64,000 nt of DNA from Candidatus Sulfomarinibacteraceae bacterium (GCA_963796455.1 CAWCLO010000003.1:64001-128000); one strand, 5' to 3'; positions 1 to 12,083 are shown, numbered from the stretch's first letter. Notes: generated from the sequence alone by a model not told the origin. Numbers and translations are program-made.

Positions 1-487
1 CGCCCCACAGGGTGGCAAAGGCGGCGATGATGATAGCGAGCAGAATCTGCTGTCCCTGCATGAGTTGAAACGCACCCGGTCCTGCTCCGGCGAAACCCGG
101 CAAGATTCATCACCAGCTGCACCACCACGGCGATCACGGCGGCCCCGATCGTCCCTCGGGCCAACATCAGCCAGAAACGCTTTCGTCCGATCCTCCAGAA
201 CACGTCGCGGCCAAACCAGAACAGGATCAGCAGTGCCAGGAGAAACCAGATTCCTGAGGCGCCCCAGCCGACAAAGGGATAGGTCAAGGGCTGCCACACA
301 AATCCGCGAAAGACGTCCTGGGTCAGGCGAAGACCACCGGGATGATCGCGGTGCTTTGAAAGAACTGGAGCGAGAAGGTGACAAAGAGCGCGGCCAGGAT
401 CCCGATCACATCCTTCGAAACCGGCATTCCCGAGCCTCCGATGCCGCCAAATCCGCTGCCACTTTGTTGTGTCGGTCGGTAGATCAA
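1..487 (-). pseudogene. Rhomboid-like/DUF1751-like membrane protein, 5' part (runs off window start), broken by two compensating single-base frameshifts
   Basis: TTG start at 487 behind GGAGGA. Joined frames read ...MPVSKDVIGILAALFVTFSLQFF / LTQDVFRGFVWQPLTYPFVGWGASGIWFLLALLILFWFG... / ...QLMQGQQILLAIIIAAFATLWG. Shifts near 325-340 and 92-98. The GxxWQPLTY segment resembles the rhomboid L1 loop. Confidence 0.55.
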
Positions 488-529
488 TATTCCTCCGGCT
501 GTGAATGGTAGCAGGCGCGTGGAAGGTTC

Positions 530-1005
530 AATAGGGAAAGGGAGAAAGGGGGCATGGGAGAAAGGGAGATCGGCCGGACGGTGGATGCTGGATTCCCAAA
601 CCCCATGGCAGAGGGGCAGAGGTGCAAGGGGGCAAGGGAGAACCGTTCGGCACCGGTTTCGCACGTATGCGAGTGTCGCCCCCCGAATGTCATCCTGAGC
701 GGAGCGCCTTCGGCGCGTAGTCGAGACCGTTCGACTCGCGTTGCTCGCTCAGGCAGGATCTGCGGAACCGAAAGTTGTTCCGTTCATCTCATAGATCCTT
801 CGACTGCGCCCCTGTGGGGGCTCCGCTCAGGATGACATCGGGAAGCGACGTTCCCATTCAGGAGAGATCGATGCCGAGAGATTCTCCCTTTCTCCCTTTC
901 CCCCTTTCTCCCTTTCGGGAGCGGGTGCGGGTGCGGGTGCGGATAGGGTGGACTGGCGATTTACCTGTCCCCGTTTCTCCCCTGCGCCTCTGCTCCTCTG
1001 CTCCT
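530..1005. repeat. Composite intergenic inverted repeat: purine-rich GGAGAAAG-type units (530-640) and complementary CTTTCTCC-type units (880-1005) around a palindromic element
   Basis: Left: agggaaagggagaaagggggcatgggagaaaggg. Right: ttctccctttctccctttccccctttctccctttc. Also GCGGGT x3 at 921-940. Confidence 0.75.
687..838. repeat. REP/MITE-like palindromic element with perfect 19-bp terminal inverted repeats
   Basis: ATGTCATCCTGAGCGGAGC (687-705) and GCTCCGCTCAGGATGACAT (820-838) are exact reverse complements; internal TCGA/GATC-containing stems. Confidence 0.85.
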
Positions 1006-1095
1006 CGAAAAACCCTCGCCAAATCGAGAATTTCCTGAATATTCGGGAATATGACAACAATATACTCAGGTTTACGTAATTACCCGCGTCAGGGC

Positions 1096-1125
1096 CTTGA
1101 CCTGACGGGTACCGGGCCGCATCTT
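1096..1125 (+). promoter_or_regulatory. Candidate lon promoter (sigma32-like CTTGACC-N14-CCGCATCT, or sigma70-like TTGACC-N17-CATCTT)
   Basis: Motif match by eye, about 40 nt upstream of the AGGAGG RBS and lon ATG. Confidence 0.35.
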
Positions 1126-1166
1126 GAAACAACGCGGTGGCAAGAAACACCGCAGGAGGATAAAAC

Positions 1167-3623
1167 ATGACCAACGTCACCACCTTGCCCGTGATACCGC
1201 TTCGCGAGGCAGTGCTCTTCCCCGAAGTCACCTCGCCCATCGCGGCCGGTCGCCCGGGGACCCTTCGCGCCATCGAGGCCGCTCTGCGAACCGAAGACAA
1301 ACAGATCTTTGTTGTTTCCCAACGGGAAAACCTCGAGGACGTCACACCGGAGATTCTCTACACCATGGGCACGGTCGCGACGATCGGCCCGGTCCAGCGC
1401 GGGCCATCGGGTATGCGCCTGTTGCTCAACGGCGACTACCGGGCCGTGGCGGTTCGTTATGAGGAGCAGGACGAATACCTGGTAGCAGCGATCCACGAAG
1501 CCGAAGAAATGCCGCCGATCGATGTCGAGGCTCCAACCTTCACCGCGCTCTATCGCGAGACCCGCGAACGGGCCGCCGAACTCGGCCGCCGCGCCGGCAT
1601 GCCAAAGGAAGCGGTGCAGCAGTTTCTCGCCGAAACGACCGAGCCTGGTCGGTTCGCCGATCTGGTGGCCGGCCATCTCGATCTCAAACCCGGCGAGGCG
1701 CAACGACTGCTCGAGGCGCTGTCGGTTGAAGACCGGTTGCGTTCGGTCCTACTTCACATCCAACGCCAGGTTTCCGTGCTCGACGCCCAGGAAGACATCA
1801 AGAGCCAGGTTCAGGAAGAGCTTGGTGACCGGCAACGCGAGATGTTCCTGCGCCAGCAGCTCAAAGCCATCCAGAAGGAACTCGGTGAGGACGGCGGCCG
1901 CGAAGATCTCGAGGAGCTGCGCGAAAAAATCGAGGCCCTCGTACTTCCTGAAGCGGCGCGCAAGGAAGTCGACCGCGAGCTCAACCGTCTCGAGCGGATG
2001 GGGCCCGAAGGCATGGAGGCCCAGGTCATTCGCACCTATCTCGAGACCATCTGCGAGTTGCCGTGGACCGAGCGTTCCGAAGAACGCCTCGATGTCCAGG
2101 CGGCATCGGCAATCCTCGAAGAGGATCACTACGCCCTCGGCGACGTCAAAGACCGGATTCTGGAATTCCTCTCGGTTCGAGTCCTGCAGCAGCGCTCGGA
2201 AGAACTGCTCGAAAACAACGAGAAGGAAGTCGAGAAAGAGGCACCCACGTCGATCCACGACACGGTCGGCCGCAACCCGATTCTGCTTTTTGCCGGCCCT
2301 CCGGGAGTCGGGAAGACCTCGGTCGCCAAATCGATCGCCCGTGCAATGGGTCGTGAATACGTCAGGATCTCGCTCGGTGGAGTCCGCGACGAGGCTGACG
2401 TGCGTGGTCACCGACGGACCTATGTCGGTGCGATGCCGGGCCGGATCATCCAGGGCATGAAGCAAGCCGGATCCAAAAACCCGGTCTTCTTGCTCGACGA
2501 AGTGGACAAGCTCGGCGCCTCCTATCAGGGTGATCCCGGTGCAGCATTGCTCGAGGTTCTCGACCCGGCGCAGAACGACACCTTCACCGACCACTATCTG
2601 GGAGTGCCCTTCGATCTGTCGGAGGTTCAGTTCATCTGCACCGCCAATTTCCTCCAGAACATCCCGGGTCCGCTCCAGGACCGGATGGAGGTTGTGGATT
2701 TCGCCGGCTACACCGAAGCGGAAAAGCTCGAGATCGCAAAACGATATCTGACGCCAAGGCAGGTCAAACAGACCGGTCTCTCGGATGAGCAGATCACCAT
2801 CAACGACGAGGCCGTGAGCGCGGTCATCAGCCGCTACACTCGCGAGTCGGGCGTTCGCCAACTCGAGCGCGAGATCGGCCGGCTGGCACGCAAGGTGGCG
2901 CGCAAGATCGCCGCTGAGGAACTGGCCGCGATGGACATCGGTGCCGATGAGGTCGCCGAACTTCTCGGTCGGCCCAAGGTTCACCCCGAGGAGGCAGCCG
3001 ATGCCGACCAGGTCGGGGTGGCCACGGGGATGTTCTATACACCGGTGGGTGGCGACATCATGTTTGTCGAGACCTCGCCGATGCCCGGCAAGGGGAACCT
3101 CGTCCTCACCGGCCAGTTGGGCGATGTGATGAAGGAGTCGGCGCAGGCCGCGTGGACCTACGCCAAGGCCCATGCCGACGAGCTCTACATTCCGTCCGAC
3201 GCTTTCAAGCAGGATGTTCACATCCACGTTCCCGCGGGCGCGATTCCAAAGGACGGCCCCTCTGCAGGCGTCACGATGGCAACCGCACTGGTTTCGGCCC
3301 TCTCCGGACGCCCGGCCCGCCACGATGTCTCGATGACCGGCGAGATCACCCTCTCCGGGCGCGTCCTGCCGATCGGCGGCCTCAAGGAGAAGGTGCTCGG
3401 TGCGGTTCGTGCCGGAATCACGACGGTGGTCCTGCCCAAAGCCAATGAATCCGACCTTGAGGATCTGCCCGAAGAGATCCGGAAAGGCCTCAAGTTTCAC
3501 ATGGTGGAGGAACTCGGTGAGGCGCTGGCCCATACCCTCCGTGGCGGAGTGTACCGTGAAGGACGACTCCAGTTCACCGGCTCATTGCCGAAGAAAGCTG
3601 GAGGTCGCAACCTCCAACACTGA
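1167..3623 (+). CDS. lon: ATP-dependent Lon protease (endopeptidase La)
   Basis: LON N-domain ([11 protein letters not shown]), Walker [27 protein letters not shown], catalytic [24 protein letters not shown]. Confidence 0.97.
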   Translation: MTNVTTLPVIPLREAVLFPEVTSPIAAGRPGTLRAIEAALRTEDKQIFVVSQRENLEDVTPEILYTMGTVATIGPVQRGPSGMRLLLNGDYRAVAVRYEEQDEYLVAAIHEAEEMPPIDVEAPTFTALYRETRERAAELGRRAGMPKEAVQQFLAETTEPGRFADLVAGHLDLKPGEAQRLLEALSVEDRLRSVLLHIQRQVSVLDAQEDIKSQVQEELGDRQREMFLRQQLKAIQKELGEDGGREDLEELREKIEALVLPEAARKEVDRELNRLERMGPEGMEAQVIRTYLETICELPWTERSEERLDVQAASAILEEDHYALGDVKDRILEFLSVRVLQQRSEELLENNEKEVEKEAPTSIHDTVGRNPILLFAGPPGVGKTSVAKSIARAMGREYVRISLGGVRDEADVRGHRRTYVGAMPGRIIQGMKQAGSKNPVFLLDEVDKLGASYQGDPGAALLEVLDPAQNDTFTDHYLGVPFDLSEVQFICTANFLQNIPGPLQDRMEVVDFAGYTEAEKLEIAKRYLTPRQVKQTGLSDEQITINDEAVSAVISRYTRESGVRQLEREIGRLARKVARKIAAEELAAMDIGADEVAELLGRPKVHPEEAADADQVGVATGMFYTPVGGDIMFVETSPMPGKGNLVLTGQLGDVMKESAQAAWTYAKAHADELYIPSDAFKQDVHIHVPAGAIPKDGPSAGVTMATALVSALSGRPARHDVSMTGEITLSGRVLPIGGLKEKVLGAVRAGITTVVLPKANESDLEDLPEEIRKGLKFHMVEELGEALAHTLRGGVYREGRLQFTGSLPKKAGGRNLQH

Positions 3624-3632
3624 CCGGTTATA

Positions 3633-3716
3633 CGAATCGCTATGGGGATCGCTCTCGATGATTTCCCGTCAAAGTGAAACCATTCGATAGCGATTCCGGT
3701 GGCGGGAGCGATGGCC
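3633..3716. repeat. ATCGCT/AGCGAT-type tandem-inverted intergenic repeat (related to 24119-24216 and 27712-27803)
   Basis: gaatcgctatggggatcgctctcg ... tcgatagcgattccggtggcgggagcgat; shares TCGATAGCGATTCCG with 24181-24195. Confidence 0.6.
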
Positions 3717-3823
3717 AGTGACTGGCTAGCGCAACGGTCACTCCTGGTGACGAATCCTCGATCGACAGTGCCCTGGGGCAGCGCCGGTTCGACAACCGGC
3801 GTTGCATCTCCGTCTATAGTTGG

Positions 3824-5752
3824 ATGATGGCTCTCACCGAGGGAATGTCTTCCTCTGCCCAACGAGTCCGCTCAGGCCGCACCGAAATCGTGGCCGGTAT
3901 CGGCCTCATTCTCGTGCTGTCCTTCATCACGCTCCGCGGGATCTACCTGCCGCTCGGCCCGCCCGGGATCGACCCGGGTTGGCAGTGGGCCGTGAATCAG
4001 GCAGCCCAATCGGGTCAGATCTTCGGACGCGACATCGTTTTCACCTATGGACCGCTGGCCTTCCTCGCCGTCCCAATGGATTTTTCGAACAATCTCGTCC
4101 TCGGAAACATCTTTCTGATCATCGTCCAGATCGCCTTTGCCGCAGCTCTCATCGGTCTGTTTCTCCGCACCCGGAGCCTCGTGTCACTTGCGGCCTTTGC
4201 GGTTCTTTATCTCGTCGCCGATCACCAGGGCCTTGCGCTCGAGGCTTTTTTCCTGATTGTGGTGGCGCTGCTCGCCCTCGACGCCGTCGCTTCCGACCGG
4301 CTGTTGCCCGTTGCCACGGCCTCCGTGTTGAGCGGCATGCTGCTCTTCACCAAAATCACCCTCGGCGTCGGAGCGACCGTCATTCTCCTGGCTTCGCTTG
4401 CCGTCTCGAAGCTGCTGCTCAAGCGCTCAGCGCGCTTTGCCGTCGGTCTTATCCCACTCCCTCTGGTCATCGCCGCTGTGGCACTGCTCTCATTCGACTC
4501 TCCCGCGAGTTTTTTCAACTGGCTGGTCCTCTCCGCCGATATCATCTCCGGCTACAGTTCGGCCAACAGCATCATCGGCGCGAGTTCGGAGCTCGTCGCG
4601 GGAGCGTCGATGGTCGCCGCCTGGATGCTGGCAATGATCCTGATTCGTTCGAACCGGCCGCTTTTTGTTTTCATGATCGTCCTGACACCCCTGGTACTGA
4701 TCCAGTTCCGGCTCGGGTTTGTTCGTCAGGACACCCACCAATATCATTTCGTGCCCTTTATGCTCGCCGTGATCGCACTGTCGATACTCTTTTCCAACCG
4801 GCCCCGGAAAATCTGGGTTCATCTGGGTGCCTATGCCGCGGTTCTGGCACTGGGATCGTCGACCCTCCTCGTCGAACCCATGAAACAGGGTTTTGTTCAT
4901 TCGGAGCTCATGAGCGGGGGACGGGGCGCAACTGCCGTGGCGAGTTTGATCCACCTCGACCAGACCCGCCGCAACCTCGCCATTCTGAGTGAGCGGAATC
5001 TCGAAGCCCTGCGGCTCAGCGACGCGTGGCTCCCCGTACTCAAGGATTCCAAAAACGGCGTCGGTACCTTGCCTTGGGAAATTCAGTACTCCCCGGCAAA
5101 CGACCTGACCTGGAACCCGACACCAACTCTTCAAATCTATTCCGCCTACACCAGGCGTCTCGACGACTGGACCGCCGCCCACTATCGTGGGGAGAATGCC
5201 CCGCAATTCATCATCAACCAGTTTGCTGCCGTGGGAACCCGGCGACAGCTCTTTGACGCACCCGCCACCTGGCGGACTCTTTTCGTCAACTATCGTCTGC
5301 GGTCGGCGGTCATGGGCTTCGAACCGCTCCTTCTCCTGGAACGCAGAACCGAAGAGAGAGAATTCTCATATGCCGAAGTCCAACGGGACACCATCCGGCT
5401 CGAGGAGACCGGAGTTGAAGTTCCACGATCCGACGCCCTGGTCTTTGCCGAGATCGATCTCCGCCCGAATCTGGTTGGAAGGATGCAAAAATCGTTTTTC
5501 CGGGTCCCGCTGATCTTCGCAATCATGACCCACGCGTCCGGTCACGTCTCACACTTTCGGTTGATACCGGGAACTTCTGACAACGGCGTTTTGATTAACC
5601 GATTTCCACGCGATTTTCGTGGTTATCGTCGCCTCTGGCAGGATGTTCCCGACGATCCCGTCATCCGCCTCGCTCTCACCGGACCGGGCACGGCCTTTTT
5701 CCACAGCGAGGCCGAAATCGTCTGGCGAGAGCTTCTTTTCGACTCTCAATAG
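3824..5752 (+). CDS. Multi-pass membrane protein of unknown function with extracytoplasmic C-terminal domain (possible GT-C-like glycosyltransferase)
   Basis: 642-aa ORF, about 11-12 hydrophobic segments, N-terminal loop DPGWQWAVN..GQIFGRDIVFTYGPL, soluble C-terminal third. Confidence 0.75.
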   Translation: MMALTEGMSSSAQRVRSGRTEIVAGIGLILVLSFITLRGIYLPLGPPGIDPGWQWAVNQAAQSGQIFGRDIVFTYGPLAFLAVPMDFSNNLVLGNIFLIIVQIAFAAALIGLFLRTRSLVSLAAFAVLYLVADHQGLALEAFFLIVVALLALDAVASDRLLPVATASVLSGMLLFTKITLGVGATVILLASLAVSKLLLKRSARFAVGLIPLPLVIAAVALLSFDSPASFFNWLVLSADIISGYSSANSIIGASSELVAGASMVAAWMLAMILIRSNRPLFVFMIVLTPLVLIQFRLGFVRQDTHQYHFVPFMLAVIALSILFSNRPRKIWVHLGAYAAVLALGSSTLLVEPMKQGFVHSELMSGGRGATAVASLIHLDQTRRNLAILSERNLEALRLSDAWLPVLKDSKNGVGTLPWEIQYSPANDLTWNPTPTLQIYSAYTRRLDDWTAAHYRGENAPQFIINQFAAVGTRRQLFDAPATWRTLFVNYRLRSAVMGFEPLLLLERRTEEREFSYAEVQRDTIRLEETGVEVPRSDALVFAEIDLRPNLVGRMQKSFFRVPLIFAIMTHASGHVSHFRLIPGTSDNGVLINRFPRDFRGYRRLWQDVPDDPVIRLALTGPGTAFFHSEAEIVWRELLFDSQ

Positions 5753-5776
5753 CGAAAATTTTCCTCAGCCATTCAA

Positions 5777-5800
5777 AATCTGGAATTTGTTTTCCAGATT
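5777..5800. promoter_or_regulatory. Candidate Rrf2 operator (9-6-9 palindrome) upstream of the suf operon
   Basis: AATCTGGAA-tttgtt-TTCCAGATT, perfect arms, 30 nt before the Rrf2 start. Confidence 0.55.
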
Positions 5801-5830
5801 CGCTGTTGCCCGCTTCGAAGGAGCGGACGG

Positions 5831-6301
5831 GTGAGGATTTCCAAACACGAAGAATACGGCCTCCGTCTCGTGGCGCAACTCGCCGAACGAGACGACCAGG
5901 TCGCCATTCGAGAAATGGCCGACCATGAAGGCCTGCCGGAGACAACCGTCGCCAAGGTGGTGGCCAGGCTCCGGAATGCGGGGCTCGTGACCGCCGAACG
6001 GGGTCGCAACGGTGGATATTCGCTGGTCCTACCGGCTCACGAAATCACTCTCGCCGCGGTGGTGGAGGCATTCGGAAACGGTGTTTATGACGGGGACTTC
6101 TGTGCTCGCATGAGTTCCGGAGGCGACTGCGCCCACGATCGATCCTGCGGCCTTCGGCCGGTGTGGCACGGTCTCGGTGCCGTGATCGGAAATTTCCTCG
6201 CCGGAATGACCGTTGCAGACCTCGTTCGAGGCGATTTGAAAACTCATCGCCTCACTGACACAAAGGACAATTTGCCGGTAGTTGACAACTGCACCGGCTG
6301 A
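5831..6301 (+). CDS. Rrf2-family (IscR/SufR-like) Fe-S cluster assembly regulator
   Basis: [13 protein letters not shown]-terminus, wHTH with RGRNGGYSL, three C-terminal Cys; heads the suf operon. Confidence 0.92.
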   Translation: MRISKHEEYGLRLVAQLAERDDQVAIREMADHEGLPETTVAKVVARLRNAGLVTAERGRNGGYSLVLPAHEITLAAVVEAFGNGVYDGDFCARMSSGGDCAHDRSCGLRPVWHGLGAVIGNFLAGMTVADLVRGDLKTHRLTDTKDNLPVVDNCTG

Positions 6302-6354
6302 ATCGAAAGCTGACAGCGCGGTCCTGCCGACCGGGTTGCAGATCAGGGGCAAGC

Positions 6355-7800
<1,446 letters not shown>

Positions 7801-7864
7801 AAACCCCCGTCCGAATCCCCGTCTGTGAACGCGACCGATTCGGACGCGGATGCGGATGCGTACG
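7801..7864. repeat. GTCCGA/GCGGAT-type tandem-inverted repeat between sufB and sufC
   Basis: ccgtccgaatccccgtc ... gattcggacgcggatgcggatgcg. Confidence 0.55.
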
Positions 7865-7879
7865 AAATGAGGAGCAAAA

Positions 7880-8650
7880 ATGTCACTACTCAAAATGAAG
7901 AACCTCCACGTCTCGGTCGCTGGCACCGAGATTCTCAAAGGCATCGATCTCACGATCAACCCCGGTGAGGTCCACGCCATCATGGGACCGAACGGATCCG
8001 GCAAGAGCACTTTGGCGAACGTGCTCGCCGGTCGCGAAGAATACGAAGTGACCGCCGGCGAGGTCGTGTTTTCCGGTGAAGATCTACTCGACCTCGAGGC
8101 CGAGGAACGCGCCCACAAGGGCCTCTTTCTGGCTTTCCAATATCCGGTCGAGATCCCCGGCGTCGGCAACACCTATTTTCTCCGCACCGCCCTCAACGCG
8201 ATCCGCGCCAAAAGGGGTGAGGACGATATGGACGCTATGGATTTCCTGTCCCTGGCGCGCGAAAAGGCGGAGTTGGTCAAGCTCGATCCGAAGTTGCTCA
8301 AGCGACCTGTAAACGACGGTTTCTCCGGTGGCGAGAAAAAGCGCAATGAGATCTTTCACATGGCGGTGCTCGAACCACGCCTGGCGATCCTCGACGAGAC
8401 TGATTCCGGTCTTGACATCGATGCTCTGAAGACCGTAGCCGACGGAGTCAATTCCTTGCGAGATGACACACGGTCGTTTTTGGTCATCACCCATTACCAG
8501 AGACTGCTCAACTACATCGAACCGGATTTCGTGCATGTGCTCATGGACGGCCGGATCGTCCAGTCGGGTGGACGCGAGCTGGCGCTCAAACTCGAAGACC
8601 AGGGCTACGAGTGGCTCGAAGAGGCTCCGGTCCAGACGGCCGGCGTGTAA
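7880..8650 (+). CDS. sufC: Fe-S cluster assembly ATPase SufC
   Basis: GPNGSGKST, FQYPVEIPGV, FSGGEKKRNE, LDETDSGLDIDAL, ITHYQRLL. Confidence 0.98.
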   Translation: MSLLKMKNLHVSVAGTEILKGIDLTINPGEVHAIMGPNGSGKSTLANVLAGREEYEVTAGEVVFSGEDLLDLEAEERAHKGLFLAFQYPVEIPGVGNTYFLRTALNAIRAKRGEDDMDAMDFLSLAREKAELVKLDPKLLKRPVNDGFSGGEKKRNEIFHMAVLEPRLAILDETDSGLDIDALKTVADGVNSLRDDTRSFLVITHYQRLLNYIEPDFVHVLMDGRIVQSGGRELALKLEDQGYEWLEEAPVQTAGV

Positions 8651-8661
8651 CGGAGAATACC

Positions 8662-9969
8662 GTGACAACCTCGACAGCCCCATTTGCAGACGCCTTCGCT
8701 GCCGCGGCGCAAACACCCGCTCCCGGCGTGCTCGCCGAGTTGCGGAGCCGCGGCCGAAAGACCTTCACAGCCCTCGGGCTGCCCAACCGGCAGCAGGAGG
8801 AATGGCGTTTCACCCGCCTCAAGACCCTCACAGAGACCACGTTTGAAGCCCCCTCACCGGTCGCCTCGAGGGTCGATCTCGATCAGGTCATGCTTCCCGG
8901 AGCGCACCTCCTCGTTTTTGTCGACGGGGTCTACGATGACACCCTTTCCGATGTGACGAACCTGCCCGACGGTGTGGTAGTTACCAGCCTGGTGCTGGCC
9001 GCCGCATCCGGATCGGAAGTGATCGACCGCTACCTCGGATCGCTAGCCCCCCTCGAGGACCACGCCTTTGCGGCCCTCAACTCGGCCGTCTTTTCCGATG
9101 GTGCGGTGATCCACCTGCCTGCCGGCAGCCGGCTCGAAAGACCCATCCAGCTGATCAACGCAACCGGATCCGACGGCCGCCCGATTCTGGCGGCGCCGCG
9201 TATCCTCGTGGTCGCCGAGGAGAAATCCACTGCCACGATCGTCGAGACCCATTTCGCATCAAGGGGCCACGCCCTGAGTTGCCCTGTGACCGAGATCATC
9301 ATCGGCGAAGCCGCGCAGATCGAGCATGTGGTCCATACCGAGGGCGGTAAAAACAACAGTCATCTGGCGGTACGTCAGGTTCGACTGGCCGCCGACAGCC
9401 GCTACACCTCGCAGACGATCTCCCTGGATGGTGATCTGGTTCGCTCGGACATCGGGGTTTCGCTCGAGGGAGAAAATGCCGAAGCGGTTCTCGATGGTCT
9501 GTATCTCACCGACGACCGGCAACAGGCCGACACCCACCTCGTGATGCGTCACAAGGTTCCCAATTGCAATAGCCACCAGCTCTTCAAGGGAGTGCTCAGT
9601 GGACGTTCGCGGGCGGTTTTCAACGGGACCATCGTGGTCGATCAGGATGCGCAGAAAACCGATGCTAAACAATCCAACCGAAACCTTTTGTTATCCGACG
9701 ATGCGGTGGTCAATTCCAACCCACAACTCGAGATATTTGCCGACGATGTGCGCTGCACCCACGGTTCCACCGTCGGCCGTCTCGACGACGAAGCCATTTT
9801 CTACCTCCGGTCGCGCGGCATCGAGAAAGAGGCGGCACGGCGGATGCTGACCCTGGCCTTTGCCGGTGAAATTCTCGATCGGGTGACGATCGAGGCGCTA
9901 CGAAACCGTTTGCAGACGGAAATTGCCTCTCGCCTGGATGGCAGGTCCGCACCTGGAGGATCGGAGTGA
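8662..9969 (+). CDS. sufD: Fe-S cluster assembly protein SufD
   Basis: EEWRFT, AQKTDAKQSNRNLLL, PQLEIFADDVRCTHG, FYLRSRGI; GTG start at 8662 after GGAG. Confidence 0.95.
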   Translation: MTTSTAPFADAFAAAAQTPAPGVLAELRSRGRKTFTALGLPNRQQEEWRFTRLKTLTETTFEAPSPVASRVDLDQVMLPGAHLLVFVDGVYDDTLSDVTNLPDGVVVTSLVLAAASGSEVIDRYLGSLAPLEDHAFAALNSAVFSDGAVIHLPAGSRLERPIQLINATGSDGRPILAAPRILVVAEEKSTATIVETHFASRGHALSCPVTEIIIGEAAQIEHVVHTEGGKNNSHLAVRQVRLAADSRYTSQTISLDGDLVRSDIGVSLEGENAEAVLDGLYLTDDRQQADTHLVMRHKVPNCNSHQLFKGVLSGRSRAVFNGTIVVDQDAQKTDAKQSNRNLLLSDDAVVNSNPQLEIFADDVRCTHGSTVGRLDDEAIFYLRSRGIEKEAARRMLTLAFAGEILDRVTIEALRNRLQTEIASRLDGRSAPGGSE

Positions 9970-11210
9970 CAACCCGCACCGAAGTCGCGGTCGGACTCGA
10001 TATCGACGCGATCCGCGCCGACTTCCCCGCCCTCCACCAGGAGGTGCACGGGAAACCCCTCGTCTACCTCGACAACGCCGCGACGACCCAGAAACCTCTG
10101 CCGGTCATCGACGCGGTGAGGGGTTTCTACGAACGCGATTGTTCCAATGTCCACCGCGGGGTCCACGCCCTGTCACAGCGCGCCACCGTCGCCTACGAAC
10201 AGGCCCGGACCACGGTCAAAGACCACCTCGGCGCGGCCGACAGCCGCGAGATCGTCTTTACGCGATCCACCACAGAGGGCATCAATCTGGTGGCCTCGAG
10301 CTTTGTCAGGCCCCGTCTGAGCGAGGGTGACGAGGTGCTGATCTCGGCCATGGAACATCATTCGAACATTGTCCCCTGGCAGATGCTGTGCAAGGCGGTC
10401 GGCGCCAACCTGCGCGTGATCCCGATTGACGACCGTGGCGATATCGAACTCGATGTCTACGAAAACCTGCTTTCAGACCGCACCAAGATCGTCGCCATCG
10501 TTCACGTCTCGAACGCTTTAGGCACGGTCAACCCGGTGCGCGACATGGTGAAATCAGCCCACGAACGTGGTATTCCGGTCCTGGTGGACGGCGCCCAGGC
10601 AGTGCCGCACCTCGGGGTCGACGTTCGCGATCTCGATTGTGATTTTTATGTCTTTTCCGCCCACAAGGTCTATGGGCCGACCGGGATTGGCGCCCTTTAT
10701 GCAAAACGTGAACACCTCCTGGAGATGATTCCCTACCAGGGCGGCGGCGACATGATTTTGTCGGTCACCTTCGAGGCGACAAAATTCAACGATCCGCCGC
10801 ATCGCTTCGAGGCAGGCACCCCGAATATCGAGGGCGCAATCGGTCTCGCTGCGGCGCTCGACTATCTCGAGGGGCTGGGCATCGACAAGGTGGCGGAACA
10901 CGAGAACAATCTTCTGGATCAGGCAACCGAGGCGGTCCTCGCAATCCCGGGGGTACGGCTTGTCGGCAATGCACGGCAACGGGCCTCGGCCCTGTCATTC
11001 GTCATGAGCGGCATTCACCCCCATGACATCGGCACGATCCTCGACTCCGAAGGCGTTGCCGTTCGCGCCGGTCACCACTGCGCGCAACCGGTGATGGCCC
11101 GCTACGGCGTCTCGGCGACGGTCCGGGCGTCCTTCGCCGCCTACAACACCTCCGATGAGGTGAAGGTTTTGGTGCACGGTCTGAAAAAAGTACGGGAGGT
11201 CTTCGGCTGA
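9966..11210 (+). CDS. sufS: Cysteine desulfurase SufS
   Basis: LVYLDNAATTQKP, NVHRG, FSAHK (PLP lysine), RAGHHCAQP. Confidence 0.97.
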   Translation: MTTRTEVAVGLDIDAIRADFPALHQEVHGKPLVYLDNAATTQKPLPVIDAVRGFYERDCSNVHRGVHALSQRATVAYEQARTTVKDHLGAADSREIVFTRSTTEGINLVASSFVRPRLSEGDEVLISAMEHHSNIVPWQMLCKAVGANLRVIPIDDRGDIELDVYENLLSDRTKIVAIVHVSNALGTVNPVRDMVKSAHERGIPVLVDGAQAVPHLGVDVRDLDCDFYVFSAHKVYGPTGIGALYAKREHLLEMIPYQGGGDMILSVTFEATKFNDPPHRFEAGTPNIEGAIGLAAALDYLEGLGIDKVAEHENNLLDQATEAVLAIPGVRLVGNARQRASALSFVMSGIHPHDIGTILDSEGVAVRAGHHCAQPVMARYGVSATVRASFAAYNTSDEVKVLVHGLKKVREVFG

Positions 11211-11656
11211 TGTCGGATATGCGTGAGCTCTATCAAGAGGTCATCCTCGATCACAACAAAAAACCGCGGAACTGTTATGCGATGGATTGCGCAAATCGTT
11301 CGGCCGACGGCCACAACCCCCTGTGCGGAGACACGGTCAAGGTCTATCTCCGGATCGAAGCCGGGGTCATCGAGGAGATCAGCTTCGAGGGTGAAGGCTG
11401 CGCCATCTGCACGGCCTCCACTTCGTTGATGACCGAATCGGTCAAGGGCAAGTCGGTCGCTGAGGTCAAAGAGATCTTTGACGGTTTTCACGATATGTTG
11501 ACGGGTGTCGCGGCCGAACAGGGCGTCGAACTCGGCAAGCTCAAGATCTTCGAAGGCGTTCGTGAGTACCCCGTTCGCGTCAAGTGCGCCACCCTGGCGT
11601 GGCATACGCTCAATGCAGCGATGGATGGGGACGACGATTCGGTAACAACGGAATGA
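11210..11656 (+). CDS. sufU: SUF system NifU-family protein SufU
   Basis: LYQEVILDH, NPLCGD, GCAICTAS, PVRVKCATL. Confidence 0.95.
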   Translation: MSDMRELYQEVILDHNKKPRNCYAMDCANRSADGHNPLCGDTVKVYLRIEAGVIEEISFEGEGCAICTASTSLMTESVKGKSVAEVKEIFDGFHDMLTGVAAEQGVELGKLKIFEGVREYPVRVKCATLAWHTLNAAMDGDDDSVTTE

Positions 11657-11761
11657 GTTCTGAGTTCGGAGTTCTGAGTTCGGAGTTTTGGACTGGGGTG
11701 CCGGCCACAGGGTCTTGGTGGACGGGCATTCCGAATTCCGAATTCCGAATTCCGAACTCAG
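11655..11761. repeat. Heptamer tandem-inverted repeat (GAGTTCK x4 ... ATTCCGA x4) inside the suf operon
   Basis: gagttctgagttcggagttctgagttcggag ... attccgaattccgaattccgaattccgaactcag. Confidence 0.8.
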
Positions 11762-11774
11762 GATTGGCGGGCAC

Positions 11775-12083
11775 ATGAGTACAACAATTCGCGATCAAGT
11801 CATCGAGATTCTCAAAGGCATCTACGACCCCGAAATCCCGGTCAACATCTGGGAAATGGGTCTGATCTACGAGGTCACCATCGACGCGGACAACGAAGCC
11901 TTTGTCCTGATGACGCTGACCTCGCCCAGTTGTCCGGTAGCGGAGAGCCTACCGCCCGAGGTCCAGGACAAGGTTGCCGCCGTCGAAGGGGTTTCAAGAG
12001 CTTCTGTCGAGATCACCTGGGACCCGCCGTGGGACCCGGAGATGATGAGCGAAGCCGCAAAACTGGAACTGGGTATGTATTGA
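11775..12083 (+). CDS. DUF59/SufT Fe-S cluster assembly protein
   Basis: YDPEIPVNIWEMGLIY, TLTSPSCP, WDPPWDPEMMSEAAKLELG; ATG at 11775. Confidence 0.93.
   Translation: MSTTIRDQVIEILKGIYDPEIPVNIWEMGLIYEVTIDADNEAFVLMTLTSPSCPVAESLPPEVQDKVAAVEGVSRASVEITWDPPWDPEMMSEAAKLELGMY

Noticed and set aside
323..325. TGA as selenocysteine or readthrough in the rhomboid-like gene
   Set aside because: The same frame hits more stops soon after; the protein-like sequence continues in another frame.
1749..3533. Long antisense ORFs (also 34521-35900, 37410-38480, 44088-45674, 50803-51933)
   Set aside because: Shadow frames opposite well-conserved genes, expected in GC-rich DNA; no recognisable motifs.
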